Shown: positions 58,401 through 64,000 of the stretch, piece after piece | Position numbering within the stretch: position 1 is the first letter of the stretch | Layout: the number at the start of each line of letters is the position of its first letter | From: Phoronis australis | Lineage: Eukaryota; Animalia; Phoronida | Direction: 5' to 3' | DNA: 64,000 nucleotides | NCBI GenBank assembly: GCA_002633005.1 | Contig: NMRA01000609.1 | Span: forward strand, 185,354 to 249,353 | The notes under the pieces: generated by a model | What the model saw: the letters and a program-made list of their open reading frames with translations, nothing else | What the model was told of the DNA's origin: nothing | Database searches by the model: none | Program-made: the position numbers and the translations under genes

Positions 58401-60301
58401 TAACCACAAAGTATGTCAAATAAGTCACGTGAGTTAGGCAAAGGCTAGCGTGAGACTGAGCGAAGCTCGTGACTCTAGCGCGTGACACTTGCAAAATAGC
58501 ATGAGAAGGTATCAGGTGAAATTTGTAAGATGTGTGTCCCTTAGACTTTTTATTCGTCAACATGCGTGATTTCACTTAACTTCCTCAAAATGGCATCCGG
58601 TAAGAGAAACTCGAGCAAACCGTGACAGATTTTCATCGATTTGTTCAAATAATCTTGACTGAATCGTCTCCAGACTTATGGTACGAGTTGTTTATAACTC
58701 CATGTGCATATATGCATGTTTCATGCGATTTTATTTCCTGTATTTTGAAATTCGTAACTTTTTGTGGGATATCGTCCGGTTACCTATTTTCGTCAGGCTC
58801 CAAAGTTCGTCCGCCATCTTGTTTCGCGTGCAGCGCAACCACGCGGGACTTAGCGTTCCAATTTGGAGTGCTCGTCTTCACGTTAGGTACTAACCTCTCG
58901 GGAGAAACACGTATCAAAGTAATGAGACAAAAATCGGTGAGTTTACCGATTGTTTTTTAAAACCACTTAAAAATCAGTAGATTTTACTAATACACTTTTT
59001 TGTGCGTTTTCAGAAGATGTTTTCGAATTTAAATTTTCTTCCGACGGGACACAAAACATGATCCAGGGTTTGTTTATGCAATGTATCTGTTTGTCCCAGG
59101 CACTAGTAGGATCTAGAAGGCCAAAGGAAAAATCCGCAGACAAATGCGATACGCTGGGTTCTTAACATTTTTGCCTCACGTTCACCATTAAACTGCATTG
59201 AAATGTCCAATTGGCTTTTATTGGAAACCACAGTGCAGAGCTCAACATCAAAGCTTCAAATCGAGTTTATGTCAATAAAAACAGGCTGTTGCAATTTTCA
59301 TTACTTCGTTGGCCTTTTTCTGCATGTTTCTCAGTTTTTACAAAAGGGGGCAGCATATGACGAACTTAGGTGTCACAATAAAATGGCTGCCGAAGGCAGT
59401 GCACATTTGAAATAACTCGGCACAAATTAAAGAAAACTTCCGAATCGATGAATGCGGTATATCTGTGAGAGTTAAATCGAATCCTATTCAGATCATAACT
59501 TTGAAGTGGAATAATTCGGTGAGTACAACAGCAAGTCGGTTTTATGCTTAGGCGGACGAACATTGGGTTCCCCAGTATACTATCGCCCCTTTATTCCTGC
59601 GGCATCCAGGGCGATGTAATTGCCTACTTTTGCTCAGGACACTTTACTCCTTAGGAGACCATCGATGTCTTTAATTGCTTTCAACTTGAACAAATACTCC
59701 CAAATCAAACTTTTTCTTTGAACAGTCCTTCGTTCAGTTTCCAAAATCCGAAACCAGCCGTTTTTAACAATACGCGGGGTAAGTGGTATGATGTAAGCAT
59801 CCATTGGCGTGTGCAGTGTAAAAATGGCCAGTTACAGATTTTGGGAACTGAGCGAGGGATTGGTCGAAGAAAGAGTTTGATAACGGGAGCATTCGTTCGA
59901 GTAGTGAGTCGGAAGGAACTAAACTAAAGACATCGACGGCCTTCAATCTAGCCTTCTACTAGGTGTCCCTCTATGCGTAAAGGGTACTTACGAGACTTTG
60001 ATTTTTTAATCAGTGTGAGGCATAGTTCGCCGAAAAGTTTGCGGCGTATTGAAGTTCCAATAGCTGCCACACCGTCTTTACGTCGGTCTCTCTGAGTCTG
60101 ACTCTGGCTGGCTAGGATTCCCACCTGTAGTTCCATCTACACTTAACAGACAAGTTATGGGTTTAACCTCCTAAAAGACTAGAAATTTTCAAGCTATAAT
60201 ACCAAGGCTAGCATTAGAATAAATTCCAGACCTGATTCGATCTTGTCAAAATTCAGTTTCTCAAGCACGCTGACTGTTTCTCGAAGTCGGACGTTCGCCA
60301 T
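27357..60301 (-). CDS. NCAPD3: Condensin-2 complex subunit D3 (CAP-D3, HEAT-repeat protein); 39 coding exons, 4443 nt, about 1480 aa
   Basis: Exon peptides match CAP-D3 hallmarks: [125 protein letters not shown]. All modelled introns are GT-AG with matching phases and the total is divisible by 3. Model built by hand, without transcript data. Confidence 0.95.
27997..28033 (-). CDS. NCAPD3: NCAPD3 exon 38
   Basis: [13 protein letters not shown] (P-rich, W-x-V-x-[ST]P C-terminal motif). Confidence 0.87.
28549..28618 (-). CDS. NCAPD3: NCAPD3 exon 37
   Basis: [23 protein letters not shown]. Confidence 0.87.
29304..29405 (-). CDS. NCAPD3: NCAPD3 exon 36
   Basis: [34 protein letters not shown]. 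Confidence 0.88.
29766..29814 (-). CDS. NCAPD3: NCAPD3 exon 35 (RAISTP motif)
   Basis: [16 protein letters not shown]|gtaagt. Confidence 0.9.
30597..30850. repeat. Compound tandem repeat (~55-60-bp subunits CTGCTACCTGGTTAAGGA..TATCTCTATACAGTG..CAGTGGGTAACAGGGGG)
   Basis: Three subunits plus duplicated flanks visible in NCAPD3 intron 34. Confidence 0.8.
30980..31186. repeat. 42-bp minisatellite, about 5 copies (GGTCACCAAATGACACGTCATTATTGTTTGAGACCATTCCCA)
   Basis: Direct tandem units; 14-aa periodic ORFs in several frames. Confidence 0.93.
31483..31642 (-). CDS. NCAPD3: NCAPD3 exon 34
   Basis: [54 protein letters not shown]. Confidence 0.85.
32159..32283 (-). CDS. NCAPD3: NCAPD3 exon 33 (disordered C-tail)
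   Basis: [41 protein letters not shown]; phase 0->2 fits both neighbours. Confidence 0.82.
33280..33407 (-). CDS. NCAPD3: NCAPD3 exon 32
   Basis: [43 protein letters not shown]. Confidence 0.93.
33930..34074 (-). CDS. NCAPD3: NCAPD3 exon 31
   Basis: [48 protein letters not shown]. Confidence 0.95.
34961..35158 (-). CDS. NCAPD3: NCAPD3 exon 30
   Basis: [39 protein letters not shown]...AKKSLISQ. Confidence 0.94.
35435..35519 (-). CDS. NCAPD3: NCAPD3 exon 29
   Basis: [29 protein letters not shown]. Confidence 0.94.
36039..36108 (-). CDS. NCAPD3: NCAPD3 exon 28
   Basis: [23 protein letters not shown]. Confidence 0.94.
36258..36563. repeat. Tandem duplication (~135-bp unit) covering the 3' end and donor of NCAPD3 exon 27
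   Basis: 36258-36394 vs 36428-36563 nearly identical. Confidence 0.92.
36529..36633 (-). CDS. NCAPD3: NCAPD3 exon 27
   Basis: [35 protein letters not shown]. Confidence 0.95.
37115..37199 (-). CDS. NCAPD3: NCAPD3 exon 26
   Basis: [28 protein letters not shown]. Confidence 0.95.
37365..37473 (-). CDS. NCAPD3: NCAPD3 exon 25
   Basis: [37 protein letters not shown]. Confidence 0.95.
37760..37889 (-). CDS. NCAPD3: NCAPD3 exon 24
   Basis: [43 protein letters not shown]. Confidence 0.95.
39218..39292 (-). CDS. NCAPD3: NCAPD3 exon 23
   Basis: [25 protein letters not shown]. Confidence 0.9.
39444..39520. repeat. Short hairpin repeat D (second copy 53042-53122)
   Basis: AATAGTCA..AGAGGTC..GGATTT.GAGAACCAGTTTGATGCC...CTGGTTCTCAAA in both copies. 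Confidence 0.8.
39927..40061 (-). CDS. NCAPD3: NCAPD3 exon 22
   Basis: [45 protein letters not shown]. Confidence 0.92.
40401..40456. repeat. (TG)n microsatellite
   Basis: Direct inspection. Confidence 0.97.
40554..40830 (+). mobile_element. Penelope-like retroelement remnant: 3' end of GIY-YIG endonuclease plus degenerate hammerhead region
   Basis: Translates [52 protein letters not shown]/(frameshift)ELPPIYN, matching the PLE GIY-YIG C-terminal pattern (S..EH...GH.IDW...R.IKEAI.I.....LNRD.G..LP.IY). Confidence 0.85.
40778..40827 (+). ncRNA. Degenerate minimal hammerhead ribozyme motif (PLE-associated), probably inactive
   Basis: CGTCATT-gTGAGGA-A-GTCAATC-cccgt-GATTGAT-GAAA-GTCTC-AATGGCG: stems I and II pair; core C3 replaced by G. 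Confidence 0.6.
40981..41285 (-). repeat. Dispersed repeat A copy (NCAPD3 intron 21)
   Basis: Reverse complement of 16290-16545. Confidence 0.9.
41350..41464 (-). CDS. NCAPD3: NCAPD3 exon 21
   Basis: [38 protein letters not shown]. Confidence 0.88.
42566..42642 (-). CDS. NCAPD3: NCAPD3 exon 20
   Basis: [26 protein letters not shown]. Confidence 0.88.
43242..43422 (-). CDS. NCAPD3: NCAPD3 exon 19
   Basis: [28 protein letters not shown]...ETDRTRVI. Confidence 0.93.
44497..44599 (-). CDS. NCAPD3: NCAPD3 exon 18
   Basis: [34 protein letters not shown]. Confidence 0.92.
45083..45265 (-). CDS. NCAPD3: NCAPD3 exon 17
   Basis: [33 protein letters not shown]...QGAEL. Confidence 0.94.
46278..46527 (-). 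CDS. NCAPD3: NCAPD3 exon 16
   Basis: [34 protein letters not shown]...[31 protein letters not shown]. Confidence 0.95.
46850..46972 (-). CDS. NCAPD3: NCAPD3 exon 15 (low-complexity linker)
   Basis: [41 protein letters not shown]; ttttag acceptor, gtaagt donor; symmetric phase 1. Confidence 0.8.
47878..48038 (-). CDS. NCAPD3: NCAPD3 exon 14
   Basis: [53 protein letters not shown]. Confidence 0.9.
48549..48630 (-). CDS. NCAPD3: NCAPD3 exon 13
   Basis: [28 protein letters not shown]. Confidence 0.92.
49601..49670 (-). CDS. NCAPD3: NCAPD3 exon 12
   Basis: [23 protein letters not shown]. Confidence 0.92.
49965..50150 (+). mobile_element. Degenerate tRNA-derived SINE remnant
   Basis: A-box-like TGGCCTGGTAG, B-box-like GTGCAAGACCC, then CCCTTGAGTCAGGC resembling SINE core domains. 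Confidence 0.4.
50178..50264 (-). CDS. NCAPD3: NCAPD3 exon 11
   Basis: [29 protein letters not shown]. Confidence 0.92.
50335..50595 (-). repeat. Dispersed repeat A copy (NCAPD3 intron 10)
   Basis: AAAGTATTCAAACAAAA...GTCAGAGTAGTCTTCCCTCATGACCGAGAA...AACAGGAAAGTT. Confidence 0.88.
51500..51611 (-). CDS. NCAPD3: NCAPD3 exon 10
   Basis: [38 protein letters not shown]. Confidence 0.92.
51816..51925 (-). CDS. NCAPD3: NCAPD3 exon 9
   Basis: [36 protein letters not shown]|gtgagt. Confidence 0.9.
52930..52986 (-). CDS. NCAPD3: NCAPD3 exon 8
   Basis: [19 protein letters not shown]|gtatgt. Confidence 0.88.
53353..53395 (-). CDS. NCAPD3: NCAPD3 exon 7
   Basis: [15 protein letters not shown]; restores phase 2->0 and gives the LAYxGL motif. 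Confidence 0.82.
53540..53935 (+). repeat. Dispersed repeat A copy with internal insertion (NCAPD3 intron 6)
   Basis: CAAAAGTAATCAGACAAAATACTGTTTCC...CTTTCCTGTT, then insert, then GGGAAGACTATTCTGAC...GGGTCATTTTGTC. Confidence 0.8.
54074..54198 (-). CDS. NCAPD3: NCAPD3 exon 6
   Basis: [41 protein letters not shown]; weak GTTCCA donor. Confidence 0.82.
54957..55046 (-). CDS. NCAPD3: NCAPD3 exon 5
   Basis: [30 protein letters not shown]. Confidence 0.88.
55672..55757 (-). CDS. NCAPD3: NCAPD3 exon 4 (basic, NLS-like)
   Basis: [29 protein letters not shown]; donor position slightly uncertain. Confidence 0.82.
55852..56075 (-). repeat. Dispersed repeat A copy (NCAPD3 intron 3)
   Basis: ~125-bp core nearly identical to 40981-41110. 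Confidence 0.9.
56580..56733 (-). CDS. NCAPD3: NCAPD3 exon 3
   Basis: [51 protein letters not shown]. Confidence 0.92.
57705..57955 (-). CDS. NCAPD3: NCAPD3 exon 2
   Basis: [16 protein letters not shown]...[29 protein letters not shown]. Confidence 0.93.
60232..60301 (-). CDS. NCAPD3: NCAPD3 exon 1 (preferred start)
   Basis: AAACATGGCG start; [23 protein letters not shown]+G|gtctgg; phase 1 fits exon 2; promoter motifs immediately upstream; donor is weak. Confidence 0.75.
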
Positions 60302-60307
60302 GTTTCG

Positions 60308-60381
60308 TTGAATTTTCCGCCAAAAAGATGTTTATAGTCTCGAAACCAAACAACTTTCAATATCCGCTAGAGGTCTCTTTC
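60308..60381 (-). promoter_or_regulatory. NCAPD3 proximal promoter/5' UTR: E2F+CHR-like element (TTGAATTTTCCGCCAA, 60308-60323) and shared 19-bp motif (60363-60381)
   Basis: Motifs seen directly within 80 bp of the ATG; function inferred from known E2F/DREAM consensus sequences. Confidence 0.55.
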
Positions 60382-60404
60382 TTTGTTCTGGCGACATAGC
60401 GGCT

Positions 60405-60480
60405 CTCGCTGGTTCCCTGCGTGCCGCTAGGTGGGGCGGTAGCCGCGCCAGCTGGGCTAAGCACGCAGGGAACCAGCGAG
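60405..60480. mobile_element. 76-bp MITE with perfect 20-bp TIRs and 10-bp TSD (Mutator-like by TSD length)
   Basis: CTCGCTGGTTCCCTGCGTGC ... GCACGCAGGGAACCAGCGAG flanked by CATAGCGGCT direct repeats (60395-60404, 60481-60490). Confidence 0.88.
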
Positions 60481-60491
60481 CATAGCGGCTG

Positions 60492-61727
60492 TGGTCAAGA
60501 AATAATTTTCTTGGACATTTTTAGTTTTTCCTAATTGTCAAGACATTTTTGATAGGCCTACGAATTGAAAACTGTTTATTATATGGTTTGATGTGCACCT
60601 TATTTCAATTCACTCAGGATACTCGTTCGTCTTGTTCCCGCATGAAGTAAGTAATTCCTACTACATATGTATTTGCAAGTTCCTTGATATACAACACTAT
60701 GTAATGTAACAGACTAAAATAGTCTTGTTTATCAAGGATTGATCCCCGGCTTCATTTTCGGAGCGCTCCACGCGCTCAGGGCGCATTCAAAGATTTTTAA
60801 TCTGCGAATTCAGTTTCCTTAGCAAGAAAGTNAACTTATAGGTCATAAAAATTTTTGATTGGGATTCTTTGGCGAATCAAGTTAACCTCCACACAGAAAA
60901 TTGAGGGGGTAATAATTCTTCAACTTCAATTATGTCACACAACATTTCTAGGTAAGGTCCATTTCGTTTACGGGCCTACAAAGAATTCTGGGCTATAGAA
61001 AAATCAGTTATTTTTACAATGCACTGAAATAATTCTTTAAAGGACATGTTCAAACTGGATTGGTAACCCGAAAATAAATGGGAAACATTAAATATTAAGC
61101 CAAAATCGATGGAATATCACTAATTTAGGAGTCTGTAATAGTGCAGTGTTTAAATATACACTCACACACACACCAGTATATACATAAAGAGTAGGCCCCT
61201 ATGCCTTCGTTGTATGAAAAAAACGAGCGTCAGTTCCAGTCTTTCTGGTGCCAGCCAGAATAAAGTCACATTTCGAGTACGTTGAATTATTTTCAGTTTG
61301 ACGTTTTTGCGATTTTTCAAAAACGTTTAGTTGAAAATAGGGTACTAAATTTTCAAGTTTTGCTAAAGATCCCAAGGCCTTCAATTTCTTTGGTCAAGAA
61401 ATAATTTTCTTCGACATTTTTAGTTTTTGCGAATTGTCAAGACATTTTTGATAGGCCTACGAATTGAAAACTGTTTGTTATATGGTTTGATGTGCACCTT
61501 ATTTCAATTCACGCAGGATACTCGTTCGTCTTGTTCCCGCATGAAGTAAGTAATTCCTACTACATATATATTTGCAAGTTCCTTGATATACAACACTATG
61601 GAATGTAACACACTAAAATAGTCTTGTTTATCAAGGATTGATCTCGGGCTTCATTTTCGGAGCGCTCCATGCGCTCAGGGCGCATTCAAACATTTTTAAT
61701 CTGCAAATTCAGTTTCCTTAGCAAGAA
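60492..61727. repeat. ~335-bp direct duplication (60492-60828 and 61391-61727) across a single-N join; probably haplotig overlap
   Basis: Near-identical blocks; N at 60832 immediately after the first copy. Confidence 0.85.
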
Positions 61728-62818
61728 AATGTAAATATTTTACTACAATTTTTACCCATTGTAGCTATGATGGTCCATTTTTCCCAGGGCGTGTGATTTT
61801 GTAAAATGATCTTAGAGTTTTTAATACCTGATTGTCGCTAATTATTTCGCTTGCTGGAGCTTTCCTAAACCGATTTTGAAAATTTCCCCTTTCCCGAATC
61901 TTATGAACTGAATTTCCTGGAAAAAAACAAGGTTTCCAATTTCTGTGTTTTCTTTTAGTGTACATTTTTGTAAGACTTTTCTGAAAGATGCGTTTGATGA
62001 TGTAGGANAGACTTTTCTGAAAGATGCGTTTGATGATGTAGGAACGCTATTTCACACAGGACACCTTTTTTCTCCGGGATCATCAGTCGCCTTCGGTCAT
62101 AGAGGTGGGCGTCGATTATTTTAACTTATGTACGTACCACAACAAATGATAATGCCTTACTGGGAATACACCCAACCGAGTATTTTTACCCATTCGAGTA
62201 TTTCTAACATATTCTTGAGGGAAATTCAGTACAAGCGAAAAATAACACTCAGATCGGCGAGTGAACGACGAAGCGGCGGAGCGTCTTCACCGCGACGGGC
62301 CTAAGGTCGGGCCCGCGCCCAGGCCAGAAATGAAATTCAGAAATATTTTAATCTTATGAATCAATTATAAGTATATAGTCTACAGAATGTCACTTTTTTG
62401 AAAGAGCTTTTTACTAATTTGCCTTTCAACAGAGGACTCCCCAGTCCGGATGCACTCAGTCCACGGCAGCAGAGGCACGATCCTACCTAGCTAACGGGAT
62501 TCTTCCCCGCAAGTAGAGAGAAAGAGACAGAGAGAGCGAGACAGAGGGTGACAGGTTTATTAACATAAGTAATATTAGCTCAGAATACAGTTTACAGAGT
62601 ACAATAAAACAAACAAAAGCATGATCACAACCCGCAAAGTATAGGCCATACGTGCGCAAGCCTACTGACCGGCGACTGAATTGAAGTAAATCTAATTATA
62701 ATTCATTTACCAATGTCTAACATAGCAATGGCAATTGACTAAAATCGTTACATTATCACACACGTAGTGAATTATATTTCTAGGCTTATTTTACAGCTGT
62801 GCTTTGCCGTCTTCATTT

Positions 62819-62948
62819 GGGAAGAAATTTCACGGGGGAAGAAATTTCATGCCTTAGACGTGAAATAACTTCCCCTCAATTCCGCGCATGCGCAAAAGGG
62901 TCAGAGTGGGAAGAAATTTCACGGGGAAGAAATTTCACGCGACACCGG
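62819..62948. repeat. Four GGGAAGAAATTTCA subterminal repeats ending in GACACCGG (probable MITE end)
   Basis: Two tandem pairs of the motif; element type is inference. Confidence 0.6.
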
Positions 62949-63429
62949 CGATCGAAGTCCTGAGACTAATGTTAATGAGATAAACTAATAATATATAGCC
63001 CATTGGCTAAAAAAATGCCTTCGAAAAACACTGACATCACTTCATGGTACGTTATCTTCGTAGCAAAAACATTTTACGCGTCAAACTAAAATTGGTAGGC
63101 CTAAAGAGTAGCTATACTACGGCGGATCAGCGGGCCGGAGTAGGACTGGGGGGCATGTGCCCCCCTCTCAGTGGCGGATCTAGGATATCACAAGGGGGGG
63201 GCCCAAAATTTTGTCCGGCTGTAAGCATTTGCGCAAACTTACCACGATTGTAGATGCGCATAGCACCGAATGGGGGGAGGTCGGGAGGGGGGTTTGTACC
63301 CCTCCCGCCCAGGAAATTTTTCTGTTTTTACCTCAAAAAATCAAGCATTTCCCTTGATTCCTGAAGTATTATCCAAGAAAAAAGGCAAAAAAAAAACACG
63401 GAGAACGTGTCAATCAGGAAAAACTGCAA

Positions 63430-63497
63430 GTATCAAAGACTCGAACTCACCACCTGGCGGATAGAGCGCGCGTGCGTTACCACTACACAACCACGAT
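63430..63497 (-). mobile_element. tRNA-like SINE head or tRNA pseudogene
   Basis: Minus strand GTGGTTGTGTAGTGGTAACGCAC...GGTGAGTTCGAGTCT has A and B boxes but no intact cloverleaf. Confidence 0.5.
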
Positions 63498-64000
63498 TTA
63501 ACTACAAATCTCTTACTAAAAGACCTACTTGGTTATGGACCAAAGCGTTTGCGCGCGAAATCTACTTCTTTTTGTAATGCTTATTACACGTTTTATATTT
63601 TGTGCCATCAATTCTTAACAAATTTATTTATCGTATTTGAAATAGTCTTCACATACCCAAAAGGCCAAATTTTTCGTGATGGCAATAATGACGGGATTGC
63701 TTTGGAAATCGTCTTAAGATAAGGTTTGACAAAGAGAGTATTGCGAGTTTCTGAGTGATTCACTAAGGCTTCGATTAAAATTCACATCTTACCAGCAGCT
63801 TCTGCTTTTTCATCGTCACTCAGGTTCCATTTTCTTTAAAAAATGAAGAAAATTTTCTTCATTGCACAGTGGAGCAGACGACGGAAACGGAGTCGTAGTG
63901 CGCAGCGCCACTGCCGGTCGCCTGGGATATCGCGGGAGAGCCTATACTTAGCCATTGTTCCGTTACGAATGCGCCGTGTTCCGAATTGACACTTGAAATT

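Noticed and set aside
61973-62043. 35-bp direct repeat
   Set aside because: Exact copies on either side of the N at 62008; assembly artefact
62055-62095. Minus-strand CTGATGA-TCCCGGA-GAAA motif
   Set aside because: Flanks do not form stem I, so it is not a hammerhead

Overview
AT-rich, repeat-rich animal (invertebrate-like) genomic DNA from a draft assembly (one 228-N gap and several single-N joins). Two spliced housekeeping genes lie on the minus strand and could be rebuilt by hand with GT-AG introns and consistent phases: POLR2H/RPB8 (4 coding exons, 21858->12674, 150 aa) and NCAPD3/CAP-D3, the condensin II HEAT subunit (39 coding exons, 60301->27357, about 1480 aa). Most ORFs in the supplied track are spurious. 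The rest is intergenic or intronic DNA with MITE-like foldbacks, TTAA-ended elements, SINE-like remnants, minisatellites and a dispersed repeat with at least 7 copies. I found no convincing novel multi-gene system. The best leads are: a 19-bp motif (18/19 identical, CTCF-like) upstream of both genes; a perfect 76-bp MITE with a 10-bp TSD in the NCAPD3 promoter; a Penelope GIY-YIG remnant followed by a degenerate hammerhead ribozyme in an NCAPD3 intron; candidate alternative, cassette and decoy exons in NCAPD3; and inverted intronic repeat pairs flanking exon blocks.
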